Positions 1 to 9,305 of a stretch of DNA of 58,263 nucleotides are shown here, piece by piece. The position numbers and the translations under genes are program-made. The notes beneath the pieces were generated by a model. The model saw only the letters and a program-made list of their open reading frames with translations. It did not search any database and was not told the DNA's origin. Origin of the DNA: Candidatus Krumholzibacteriia bacterium (GTDB taxonomy: Bacteria; Krumholzibacteriota; Krumholzibacteriia; JAJRXK01); the NCBI GenBank assembly GCA_041484665.1, contig JBGPIA010000023.1, positions 1-58,263 on the forward strand, in the 5' to 3' direction. Position 1 is the stretch's first letter. Each line of letters begins with the position of its first letter.

Positions 1-415
1 CCCGGCCCTCCGCGCATCCGTTCCCATTCCCACCCTCTCAGAGATGCTCTGGAACGGAATGCGGTACGCACGCTTTGGCAGTGCTCACCGATTCGCCGGC
101 CAGGGGTCCAGATTTCAGCGGAAGTCCGCGATAGGCAACACTAACAGCTAGCCGGAGTTCGGTCTCCGATATGGGGTGCTCCACCCCGGCGCTCTGGACC
201 CGCTCGGATAGGGGCACTACCGTAGGTCGCCTGCGAGCCAAGACCAAGCGGTCCCGGCGGTTGATGCTGGGAGCTATGTAGTCTTCGGCGTTCTGTTCGC
301 AGCTGCAGGGCCAGGGCGCGCCCGGATCGCCGGGAGGCGCTGCCTCCGCTGCGCAGAATCGGCCACGCGACGCCGCGCCATGTCGCGACCCGGGCAAGTG
401 CGCGGTCGCAGCTCG

Positions 416-657
416 GGCAACTTGTCCAGCGGGTGGACTGCTGGTCTGCCGAGTGTGTTGCCACGAGTGTTGCCAAGGGGTGTTGCCGACGCCCCGTGTT
501 GCCATGTTGCCGCTGTTGCCATCCGTTCCGCGCTCCCCGAGTAAGTGACCATCGCACGGGCACTTGCGGCCCCGGCCACGTGTTGCCGAGTGCCGGTGTT
601 GCCAGTTGCCTGTCCCTCTTACTAGAGAAGGGGATGGCAACAACGTGGGTGGCAACA
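416..657. repeat. TGTTGCC iteron cluster, putative replication origin
   Basis: TGTTGCC at 456, 468, 481, 497, 505, 514, 581, 597; GTTGCC at 605; inverted GGCAACA at 636, 651 (also 134) and GGCAAC at 416; immediately downstream of the helicase stop codon. Confidence 0.75.
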
Positions 658-1881
658 TCACTGGGACGACCTCCGCAGCATCCACTCCCGCGGATCACGA
701 TCGGGCACGGCCTCGATCAGCCCCGCCGCTTCAAGCTCCCTGCATGCCTTGAACACGCTCGACCTGTCGTGCTCCGTACTGGACACCAACTCGGACTCGC
801 TCCTGGACCCTGGGTGTGCCTGCTGCAGCACTGTCAGGATCTCGCGTTTCATGGGCGAGAGTGCCGCTGACGGATCGAAGTGGGTCCCTGAACCGCCTGC
901 CGAGTCTCCGCTGGGGCCATCGTGCGGCCAGATCTCGCGCCACGGCGGCAAGGGCTCATACCCGAACCGGTGCCTGGGGATCTTGAGCCGGATCCTGTCG
1001 CCCGGCTGGATCCACCAACTGCGGCGGCTTTTCTCGTGTCGGATTTCAAGCTCGCCCTTGTCCGCAGCGCGGTTGACGAACAGTAGGCCATCTGTCTCGT
1101 TCTCCTGCTGTGATGTGCCCAATGGACCGTGAGCTTGCGCGCCAAACTCGCCGGGGCGCTTGTGGTGCGCGTTGAGCAAGCAGCAGATGCGGGCGTCCCT
1201 GAGTTCGTCGTGGAATGGGGCCAGGCCATCGAACACCCAATCCGGCTGGTTGGGGTCCGTTGGCTGCCAGAGGCGAGAGGCCGTGTCTGCGACCACGAGG
1301 CGAACGCCTTGCCGGGCTAGGAAGCGGACGGCAGCGCGGCTATTGCGCTCCCAGTGCGTCTTGTCACGCAGTCCCAGCTCGGACGGCTTGTAGTAGAGCA
1401 GGCGGCTGCGCAGGATGTCTCCGGCCCGCCCCATGTCGACGCTCCCTCCGGCCAGCAGAGCCTTGACTCTGGACGCCCAGCGCTGCCTGGAATCCTCGCC
1501 ATCGATGATCGCCACCCGCCCGTCTGGCCCGAACCTGGCCATGTTTACTTGCAGCACGCCACCCCAGGCCGACCCTTCGCGCTCGGGCAGCAGAGGCGCG
1601 ACGGCCAGGTCAAGAGCGAGAGTTGTCTTGCCGCTGGTCTTCAAGCCGCACAGGTAGAAGAGATCGCCCGACGCCCAGAACGGTGCGATGGCCGCCGGCT
1701 CGATCGCCTCGGCCCGCGAGATGTCGAGCCCCGCACCATCGAGCTTCGCGCCGAGCAACTGGACGCGTGTCTCGACCGGGTCCGGCGCGGCGACTGGCTG
1801 CTTGGGCACTACTGCGGGGACAGGTGCTGCAGGCGGGCCGGGTTCCGTATCGAGCGGAAACCCCGTGCTCTGCTCGCTCAT
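658..1881 (-). CDS. AAA_25/RepA-like replicative helicase with C-terminal winged helix
   Basis: Walker A GLKTSGKT, Walker B LVVADT, AHHKR..GTS motif, C-terminal wHTH (MKREILTVL..SSVFKACRELEAAGLIE); start at ATG 1881 overlaps the upstream stop (ATGA). Confidence 0.8.
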   Translation of the reverse strand: MSEQSTGFPLDTEPGPPAAPVPAVVPKQPVAAPDPVETRVQLLGAKLDGAGLDISRAEAIEPAAIAPFWASGDLFYLCGLKTSGKTTLALDLAVAPLLPEREGSAWGGVLQVNMARFGPDGRVAIIDGEDSRQRWASRVKALLAGGSVDMGRAGDILRSRLLYYKPSELGLRDKTHWERNSRAAVRFLARQGVRLVVADTASRLWQPTDPNQPDWVFDGLAPFHDELRDARICCLLNAHHKRPGEFGAQAHGPLGTSQQENETDGLLFVNRAADKGELEIRHEKSRRSWWIQPGDRIRLKIPRHRFGYEPLPPWREIWPHDGPSGDSAGGSGTHFDPSAALSPMKREILTVLQQAHPGSRSESELVSSTEHDRSSVFKACRELEAAGLIEAVPDRDPREWMLRRSSQ

Positions 1882-2117
1882 GGCCCAGCCTCGCGCGTGA
1901 GGTCGTAGCGCAGATGGAACCAACCTAAGGCCGCAGCCGCACGGGCCTCATCCTCCGTCAGCGTGTCCGCATGGAAGCGCCCTAGGGTGGCGAGCAGCAG
2001 AGCTTGGCCGCGCCACCCGCGCTCAAGAAGCTCCTGGGCGAACCGTGCCGCGGCGCAGATGGTCGGCACGCGATGCTCGGGGCAACGCTTGAGGACCTCT
2101 ACCCAACCGCCGTCCAT
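1878..2117 (-). CDS. Small hypothetical protein, possibly a PriCT-like helical domain
   Basis: 79 aa; overlaps the alpA end and is ATGA-coupled to the helicase gene. Confidence 0.55.
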   Translation of the reverse strand: MDGGWVEVLKRCPEHRVPTICAAARFAQELLERGWRGQALLLATLGRFHADTLTEDEARAAAALGWFHLRYDLTREAGP

Positions 2118-2320
2118 CGCTGCTTCCCCCGCGTTGCGTCACGCTGATCGGCCAAGCCCCGGATGAATGCCTCGATCTCGCTTTCGATCCACGCCACGCT
2201 CCGGCCAACGTGGATCGGCCTGGGGAAACGGGGATCGCGGCACAAGTCGCGACGGATGGAGCTTTCGGAACGGCCGAGCCGGGCCACCAACTCCGGGAGG
2301 CGGACAAGTCTGTCTTGCAC
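2099..2320 (-). CDS. alpA: AlpA-family helix-turn-helix regulator/excisionase
   Basis: RLVRLPELVARLGRSESSI..FPRPIHVGRSVAWIESEI matches the AlpA pattern; GTG start at 2320 assumed. Confidence 0.85.
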   Translation of the reverse strand: MQDRLVRLPELVARLGRSESSIRRDLCRDPRFPRPIHVGRSVAWIESEIEAFIRGLADQRDATRGKQRWTAVG

Positions 2321-2422
2321 TTCTAACCCCGCATTCAGGCGCGTGGGCTGCGCCTCGGCCTCGGGGACCCAATCGACCCCGCGGGAAGGCGCACACAGGC
2401 CCACGCTCCTGCCTGGGAGGCG

Positions 2423-2480
2423 CTACACGGCGCGTACCGGGGGTACACGGCGTGTACTAATCGTGTACCAACCGCGTACC
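2423..2480. promoter_or_regulatory. GTAC-containing repeats and palindrome upstream of alpA
   Basis: CTACACGGCGCGTAC, palindromic GTACAC-GGC-GTGTAC, then CGTGTACC and CGCGTACC. Confidence 0.5.
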
Positions 2481-2505
2481 AGGGGGGCGGATGCGGGTTA
2501 GCCGG

Positions 2506-3579
2506 CTAGGTTTGCCACTGGAGCGGTTCGGAAGGCCGGTAGGTCAGCGCGACACCGCGGTCGATGCGGCTGTCCAAGTGATCCGCCAATCTCGCGTGGT
2601 CTTCGCGGATCGCTTCAATCGCTCTATCGACGGCGTTACAGACGGCTTTGCGAGCCAGTTCGGCGGGCGACCCCTCCTCGCGTGGCCGTCCACTGAGGCC
2701 AAACCTGCTCGCCAGGTCTTGCCTCAGTGCTTCACGCTCCTCCTCTAGCTTTTCGGCCTTGGCCCACAGCTCTGCGGTCACCGCGGCTTCGTATTTTGTC
2801 TTCAGGTCGTCCATCTGTCGGCGGAGACTCTCTGCTTCCTCGCGGGTTGCGGATTGGTAGGAACCGTCGGAGACCTCAAGGTCACCACAACGCACCGCGT
2901 CCTCCGCCAAAGCCGTGTCGGCGTTCTGGGCCGCCTCCTGCATTTCATAGCGTTGCTTGAGCACAAGCGCAGCAATCGCGACGTGGGGGGAGGCCAGCAG
3001 GTCTCGGATGTACATCATCCCCTTGAGACGGTAGGGATCGGGGACCGTGCGTTCTTCGCTCTGAAAGCGCACGAGCCACTTTTGGCCTTCCTGGCGGAAG
3101 ACGTTTTCGGGCTCCTCGCCCGACTCTTCATCGATCGTCCCAGCTGTGTCGGTGTCCTTGCTTCGACTGGGTTGAGGCGTGCCAGCTGGATCGGCGGGAT
3201 ACAGCACGTTCAACCGCTCTAGGATGGGGTGGGTGGCGCTGTCCAAGAGGCGGACGAGGAACTCCCGCGCGAGTGCCCTCTTTTGCGCTGGTGTCCTGTC
3301 GGATTGGTCGTTGGCGACGAGTGCGCTGTAGACCGCACGCCGCGTTTCCCTGCGCTGCTCCCCACCTGGCCGCAGCGAGTCTCCTATCGGGTCATCGGGC
3401 GGCTCCGGCTGGGCCCGGCTCTCCTCGGCAGCGGATCCGGTGGCGAAGCCGTAGACCGAAGCCCAGGTCCAGCTGATCTCGTGGGCCCACAGCAGATTGA
3501 AGATGTCCTTGTCGCGCTCGTCAGCGACCTGCTCCGCAATCTGCAGGATGAGGAATCGCCGATCGTCGAGAAGGTCCAT
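2506..3579 (-). CDS. Hypothetical protein with putative C-terminal DNA-binding/regulator domain
   Basis: 357 aa; FRQEGQKWLVRF..LKGMMYIRDLLASP..ELARKAV..AIEAI..HARLADHLDSRIDRG..YRP resembles the C-terminal module of large ATPase-type regulators. Confidence 0.7.
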   Translation of the reverse strand: MDLLDDRRFLILQIAEQVADERDKDIFNLLWAHEISWTWASVYGFATGSAAEESRAQPEPPDDPIGDSLRPGGEQRRETRRAVYSALVANDQSDRTPAQKRALAREFLVRLLDSATHPILERLNVLYPADPAGTPQPSRSKDTDTAGTIDEESGEEPENVFRQEGQKWLVRFQSEERTVPDPYRLKGMMYIRDLLASPHVAIAALVLKQRYEMQEAAQNADTALAEDAVRCGDLEVSDGSYQSATREEAESLRRQMDDLKTKYEAAVTAELWAKAEKLEEEREALRQDLASRFGLSGRPREEGSPAELARKAVCNAVDRAIEAIREDHARLADHLDSRIDRGVALTYRPSEPLQWQT

Positions 3580-3706
3580 GCGCGAGGGGCCGTGACTGCA
3601 TTGCGGCGCCTATCGCCGTGTGCGTACTGGCGCTCCCTGGAGCCGAATGATCGGGGGGCCGCTGCGGTTCGTCAAGGCACCCCCGGTGCTTCCCTTGGCC
3701 CCGAGA

Positions 3707-4915
3707 CTAAGGCTTGGACGGGTGCTGGCGCGATACGATCGACTTGCGCTCCCCGCCCAGCACGCGGCGGAGCTGATCTGCCCACTTGTCCAGCGCTTCC
3801 CGCTTCTCGCGGTCGTAGGAGTGCCGGTCGTATACCGCAGTCACTCCAGGCTCCGCGTGGTTCAGGATCTTGGAAACCACGAGCCGGGGCACCCCGGCGC
3901 CGGTCATCTGGCTGGCCGCGGTGCGACGGAGATCGTGGGGCGTCGCGTGCGCGATCCCGAGGGCATCGCGGTTCTTGCGCATGGCCTGGCTGATCGCGGC
4001 GAGCGTTAAGTGATCCTTGCCGGTCGGGGAGCGAAACACCCAAGGCGAGCCTGCGCCAAGCCAGCGGGCTTGCGCCAGGATCTCGACCGCGAGGCGCGAC
4101 AACGGCACCCGATGCGCGAGTTTGTTCTTGGAGCGCTCTGCCGGGATCGTCCACCAGCCCGCGTCTAGGTCGATCTCGGCCCACGACGCGCCGATCACCT
4201 CGCCGACTCTCTGCGCCGTGGTGAGCTGAAACCGCAGTGCCAGCGCCGTCACCTTGGCCACGCGGGCAGAGTCAAGGCCCGTCCAGAATGCCCGCACTTC
4301 CTCGTCGGACAGCACGCGATCGCGCCGGTGCTCCACGGCGGGCGCCTTGACTTGCGTGCAGGGGGAGGCTGGCAGGAGATCGCGCGACACGGCGAAGTTG
4401 AACATCTTGCGCACCACGGCCAGCGTGCGGTTCGCCTGAATCGGCGCGCCACGATCGCGGATGCCGTCGACCAGGGCAATCACGTCACGGCGTGCAATCT
4501 CCTGCGCCCGACGCGTGCCCCATGCACGGTGCACCTCCCCCGTCAAGATGCGCTCGTCCTCGCGCCACGAGCGCTTGCGGGGTCTTGCCCAGCGGTCCAG
4601 GTACTCCGACACCAGCCCGTCAACGGTCGGCGCTGCAGCGGTCTCCTGACGCGTGCGCCGCACTTCGCCTGCGGGGTCGAGGCCCCGTGCTACCCGGGCA
4701 CGCGCCGCGGTGTGGGCTTTCTCCGCCTCCTTCACGCCCATGGCGGGCCACGTGCCGAGTCGCATGCGCTTCCGCTTGCCGGCGAAATCGTAGAAGTAGG
4801 TCCACGTAATGGTTCCGGCTGGGTTGACGCGCACCCCCAAGCCGTGTTCGCCACGCACGTCGTACTGCGTGGTGCGTGGCTTCAGTCTCTTCAAGCTTGC
4901 CTTGGTGAAGTGCAT
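3707..4915 (-). CDS. int: Tyrosine integrase, P4-like, with N-terminal arm-binding domain
   Basis: GLGVRV..GTITW..RMRLGTWP arm domain; catalytic R (AQRVGE), K (SKN), HDLRR, LNH, Y (VYD). Confidence 0.95.
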   Translation of the reverse strand: MHFTKASLKRLKPRTTQYDVRGEHGLGVRVNPAGTITWTYFYDFAGKRKRMRLGTWPAMGVKEAEKAHTAARARVARGLDPAGEVRRTRQETAAAPTVDGLVSEYLDRWARPRKRSWREDERILTGEVHRAWGTRRAQEIARRDVIALVDGIRDRGAPIQANRTLAVVRKMFNFAVSRDLLPASPCTQVKAPAVEHRRDRVLSDEEVRAFWTGLDSARVAKVTALALRFQLTTAQRVGEVIGASWAEIDLDAGWWTIPAERSKNKLAHRVPLSRLAVEILAQARWLGAGSPWVFRSPTGKDHLTLAAISQAMRKNRDALGIAHATPHDLRRTAASQMTGAGVPRLVVSKILNHAEPGVTAVYDRHSYDREKREALDKWADQLRRVLGGERKSIVSRQHPSKP

Positions 4916-5114
4916 GGCGAGCTCCCGAAATAGGTTCCGTTTAGGTTCCTCAGTCGTCGCGGCGGCTCAAGACGGATTGCGACGGCGAACGGCGACCGCT
5001 GACTCTATTGAAATGCATTATGAGGCCAATAACAAGCTGTTTCTTGCATGCCGTGTGGTCCCTCGCGGCGGCGGTCGACTGGCTGCGACGGGGCGTGACG
5101 GGAGGCCACTAGGT

Positions 5115-5162
5115 TGACTCTTAATCAGTAGGTTCTAGGTTCAATTCCTAGGCGGCGCACCA
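5115..5162 (+). tRNA. 3' fragment of tRNA-Lys(CTT), att core; not an intact tRNA
   Basis: TGA-CTCTTAA-TCAG anticodon arm, T-arm CTAGG-TTCAATT-CCTAG, ends GGCGGCGCACCA; no D-arm or 5' acceptor strand upstream. Confidence 0.85.
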
Positions 5163-5978
5163 GGAACTTCCGTTGTTGCTCTTAAGGGTATGGCGATGAC
5201 TCGGAACCGTCGGAGCGCGCCAGTCCCCGGGGTTCCTCGGGGGGTTCCTCCAGCACCGCCGTTGGACCGCGCCTGGCGGACGGAACGGTTCGCTTGCCGA
5301 CTGCCGATTGACTGAAGTGCGTAGCGTGACGCTTGAATCGGCGCAGCAACTCGCTAAGGCACTCTCAGGCACGAAGGTGTGCCCTCGTTGGCGATGTCCG
5401 CAGGAGCTCCGCCGCGCTGCCAGCACACCGGTCAGCCGACGCGCTTTCGCCGTCCCACGACGTTGCCTATGACGGGGAGTCGCAGGACTCGCGGAGCACG
5501 CGCCGCTGCCCTGTGGTGTCGGGCCCCCAGGGGTTGGTCCCCTCCCCCGGGGCGGTCGCGCCACGCAAAGCAGGTCCCAGAGCGCGCACCGTTTTTCGAC
5601 CGAGGCTCAAGAGGCGCCAAGCCGCATCCCGGCCTGGCGGAGCCGGGCGGAGGCTCGGCGGAGGCTGGCCAGCGATCATGGCCGATGGCCATCATTCACC
5701 GAATGTGTGTCGCTATGCTCGGGATTGCGTCGGGCTCAGAGCCCCGGCTGGAAGCGCGCAACGACCGAATCGGGATCGCGGTTCCCGGTGTCTGACTGCC
5801 CGCAGACAAATAGGCGCTCCCGAACGGCCCTCGTCCTACCTCACACTACACCGCACACCGTACGACCAAGCGGCGGCTGCCCGCGAGCGCCGGCCGACTT
5901 CCCACCCCGGCCAGCCACCGGCCCGCGAAGGCGACCTGGGCGTCGACCTTCGCGGATACAACCCCCATCCGCCCCGCC

Positions 5979-7463
5979 TCAGCGATCGGACTTGCGCAGC
6001 ACGCGCCCTGCCAGCTGCGATTCACCGAAGCGGATGCGCACGAAGTAGATGCCGGAAGCGACGCTGCGCCCGCCGTCGTCCCTACCATCCCAGGCCAGCA
6101 GGTTGCGACCGGCGCTGCGCTCGCTGTTACCGAGCACGCGCACGCGGCGTCCCATGAGGTCGAACACGGCGGCATCGACTTGTCCGGCCTGTGGAAGTTC
6201 GTAGGCGATGTTCGTGAGCCCGCGCCCAGGGTTGGGCCAGATCGCACGAAGAGCGAACTGATTCGGCAGCTGATCGGGCGCCGCGACGACGCTTGCATTG
6301 GCGACCGTCGCCGCTGCACCTTCGTTGCCCGCAAAGTCGGTCGCCGTGACGTGGAAGTAGGCGAAGCCGGCTCCCGACGCGTCGAATCCCGGCGTCGTCG
6401 TGTACCCCAGGACCTTGTCGCCGGCATCCAACTGCGAGTCGGTCGAGCCAAAGATGGCGTAGTAGTCGAAGTCGACTTCCGGACTCTCGTCCCAGGCCAG
6501 CAATCCGGAAGGCGCGGAGGTCAAGTGGAGCGGAATCGCCGGGGCCAGGTTGTCGATCGAGTAGCCCGTGGCCACCTGGGAGTCGAAGAACACGGTCGGG
6601 GAAGCGGTCATTGCCCGCACCAAGAAGGCCGAAATGCAGACTCCTGCAGCGGTCGAGTCGCACAGCGTGGGCACCACAGTGCTGTACCTGGCTTCGCCGA
6701 AGGCCGGCACGGTACGCACGAAGTCCCAATCGCCGGGCGGCAGCTTCGGCAGCGGATCGACGCGACGGAAAATGGCGTACTGCGTGATTGGGTGCGGGCT
6801 CAGAGGCGTGTCGAAGGTGGAGCGACTCCAGGTCAGGCGGACTTGCCGTCCCTGATCGTTGGCCACATCTACGACCGAGGATATGGCCAAATCGCCGCCG
6901 CGCACGCTCGTGATCGTGACGTTGTCATAGAGGAGCACACCGTTGGTGTCAGTTTGGACCAGATTGAATTGGTCGACTGCCAAGGCAGTCAGCGCTGCCA
7001 CGCCAGGAAGGGCGTCGCTGGTCAGCACCGTGCCGGTGGACTCGGTGAAGTTGAGCGCGATGTAGGAGTTCGTCAGCGTGACTCCATCGACGACCAGCGG
7101 CGCCGCACCCAGTGGCGTACCAGCACTGAACCCGAAGAGGTCGTTGGGGGCGTTGATGTCGTAGACGTAAACGGACCCCAGATCGCAGGTGATCCGATGA
7201 CCATCGATGATCACCTCGAGCTGCCCGGTCGAATATTGCCCGAAGCTGGGGTCACCGGGCGCGCTGTCCGGCGCCGACAGGTCGTAGGTGAAGAAACCGC
7301 TAACCGGCGCGCCGATCGATGGCGAGAGGCCTGCTACCGGCAGGCCTTGCGTGTACGTAATCGTCGAGTTGAATTCGACCACAATCAGCTCCCCGCGGGC
7401 CACTCCGAGCGGGGCGAGGAGGGAGAGGGCTAGCAGGGTTGGGAGAGGCGCGGGGCGGAGCAT
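5979..7463 (-). CDS. Secreted protein with C-terminal FlgD-Ig/T9SS-CTD-like domain
   Basis: Signal peptide MLRPAPLPTLLALSLL..ARG; tail WPNP..FDLMGRRVR..WDGRDDGGRSVASGIYF. Confidence 0.85.
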   Translation of the reverse strand: MLRPAPLPTLLALSLLAPLGVARGELIVVEFNSTITYTQGLPVAGLSPSIGAPVSGFFTYDLSAPDSAPGDPSFGQYSTGQLEVIIDGHRITCDLGSVYVYDINAPNDLFGFSAGTPLGAAPLVVDGVTLTNSYIALNFTESTGTVLTSDALPGVAALTALAVDQFNLVQTDTNGVLLYDNVTITSVRGGDLAISSVVDVANDQGRQVRLTWSRSTFDTPLSPHPITQYAIFRRVDPLPKLPPGDWDFVRTVPAFGEARYSTVVPTLCDSTAAGVCISAFLVRAMTASPTVFFDSQVATGYSIDNLAPAIPLHLTSAPSGLLAWDESPEVDFDYYAIFGSTDSQLDAGDKVLGYTTTPGFDASGAGFAYFHVTATDFAGNEGAAATVANASVVAAPDQLPNQFALRAIWPNPGRGLTNIAYELPQAGQVDAAVFDLMGRRVRVLGNSERSAGRNLLAWDGRDDGGRSVASGIYFVRIRFGESQLAGRVLRKSDR

Positions 7464-7636
7464 AGAGGTGGCCTTTGGAAGCGGGTTCGGGTCGAACGCA
7501 CGCAACGAGGATACTCCGAGCGCCGCTGCGCGGGCAAGCCGAGCAGGTCGCAAGCACCAAGAGGCTTCCCCTGGCGCCACGGCCGCCCTATCCTTGCCGC
7601 AGGCTCCGCTCACATCTCTCGGCCGGGAGGTCCCCC

Positions 7637-8293
7637 ATGCGCCGGACCACCTCCCTCGTCGCTGTCGTCTCTCTGACAGCGCTAGTTGGCAGCCTCCCGG
7701 GCTGCAGCAAGAAAGACAAAGTAGTCGACGTGGTGCTCCCGCCCGCAGCGCCGCCCGCCACGACGCAGGGCATCCTCATCGACAACTTCATCCTCTGCTA
7801 TTCGAAGAAGAATATCGACGTGTACCAGAACACTGTGCACCACGACTTCCGGTTCTTCTTCGCGGAGCAAGACGTAGCGATGCTCGGCGTACCCGCGACG
7901 GGATGGTCCCGCCAGCAGGACATCGACAGTGCGACGAAGATGTTCAACGGCTCCACCGGCACGAGACCGGACGGCAGCGGGCTGCCGGGAATCCAGTCAA
8001 TTGCCCTGAGGCTGACACCGCTGGGTGATGGGTGGAGCCAGGACGTGGACATGCTGTTCGCCGGCACGTTGCGCAGGTCCTACGAGGTGCTCATGACCGT
8101 GACCTTTGCCGGCGGCGCCACCGCCATGGTGTGCGGAGTTCAGGACTTCTACGTCGTTCAGGTGGTGGTGGGCGGCCAGACCATATGGCAGCTCAAGTAC
8201 TGGGTCGACGTCGGCGCTACATGCAACGGGGTTGCTGCGACAACCCCAAGTGCCATCAGTTGGGGCGTGTTGAAGGCACTCTACCGGAACTGA
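7637..8293 (+). CDS. Lipoprotein (possibly NTF2-like) with C-terminal SWGVLKALY motif
   Basis: GGGAGG RBS, lipobox LPGC, tail ISWGVLKALYRN. Confidence 0.8.
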   Translation: MRRTTSLVAVVSLTALVGSLPGCSKKDKVVDVVLPPAAPPATTQGILIDNFILCYSKKNIDVYQNTVHHDFRFFFAEQDVAMLGVPATGWSRQQDIDSATKMFNGSTGTRPDGSGLPGIQSIALRLTPLGDGWSQDVDMLFAGTLRRSYEVLMTVTFAGGATAMVCGVQDFYVVQVVVGGQTIWQLKYWVDVGATCNGVAATTPSAISWGVLKALYRN

Positions 8294-9069
8294 GCTTTGC
8301 CTGCGGGGTGCTCCGCTCAGTTCAACCCCCCTGGGAGGACCGGACCGCGCGGTGCAAATCTCCCCGGGTTCATTGGAGACTCGCTCATCCAAGCTCTGCC
8401 CCCATGGCGAGCGCTTCCTGACTGCGAAGTATCTCTTGCTCGAACTCCGCCGGTGGCACATAACCGTGCGGCTCGAGCAAGCTGGGTGCTCCCCTTCAAC
8501 CGGCCCAAGGCTTCGGCGTTGCGCGAGCTGGCGTGGGCCAAGGACTGGGGAATGGACCCGGTGAGAGGCAATCGCGCCGACTGAACGTCGACGCGAACTG
8601 AGATCCAGCCCGATGACGACCACGCCGAACGCATTGAAGACGGCGACGCGACGCCTGGGGGCTTCCCTCTAGCGGCAACCCGCGAAAGGGGTCGGAGCGC
8701 CGACAACCGACGGGCACGATCCTCGGATTTTCGACATCTGTTCGCCTCACCAAGCCGGACTGCCCGCAAGCGATACTTCGTTGTTGCCTGCAGTTCGGGG
8801 GGCGGCATTATCCTGCGACGCCCCAGAGCCGCAGGCTGCGATCGCGTCACGGTCTGTGATCGCGTAGCAGTCTGGCCGGTCGAGGGTCTCGCTTCACCTG
8901 TGGCAGACCACCGATCGCCGGGGTACCGCACGGGAGTACTGGTTTGCCCCGGGAGCCGAACGCGTGGAAGGGGCCTGGTGGTACAAGGAACGGGGATCGG
9001 GTGAACAGCTCCTACTTTATCTGGGGTGGCGGTGGACCGCGGGCGGGGAGCAGCTTAGCGCGCCTGGAC

Positions 9070-9267
9070 CCAAGGACAGACGACGACAACGGGGCGCGAG
9101 TGCATCAAGGCGTGCGCTTGCAGCAACGCGGAGGCCTGGCCCAGGGGGTCGACCGGCCGCAAGGACTAGACGTTGCCCAAGGAATCGAGCTGGCCCAAGG
9201 GGTCGACCGGCCCCAGGGGCCTGGCGTGAATCACGGAGTAGACGTGAATCCGGTGGTAGGCTTGAAC
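9070..9267 (+). repeat. Degenerate 18-bp tandem repeat (about 11 units)
   Basis: Units mostly start CAAGG/CAGGG at an 18-nt period (9106, 9142, 9160, 9178, 9196, 9214); reads as QGVDRP-like hexapeptides in ORF 8944-9309. Confidence 0.7.
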
Positions 9268-9305
9268 GGGGGTCGAGGAGCGCGCTGCTCGCGGAAAGGT
9301 CGGTC

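Larger units (their letters stand above)
1..5162 (-). mobile_element. Right end of an integrative element (genomic island or phage-satellite-like) at tRNA-Lys; left end lies outside the window
   Basis: Co-oriented integrase, AlpA, helicase and iterons, bounded on the right by a tRNA-Lys 3' fragment. Confidence 0.8.

Noticed and set aside
38..698. ORFs 38-685, 141-698 and 433-870 as genes
   Set aside because: They overlap the iteron array and translate into repeat-derived sequence with no protein motifs
5085..5162. Intact tRNA-Lys gene
   Set aside because: Upstream sequence cannot form the D-arm or pair with the 3' acceptor strand; only the 3' half is present
8297..9060. Pseudogene fragments, including a Trp/Tyr-rich stretch at 8931-9040
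   Set aside because: No family recognisable by eye; needs BLASTx
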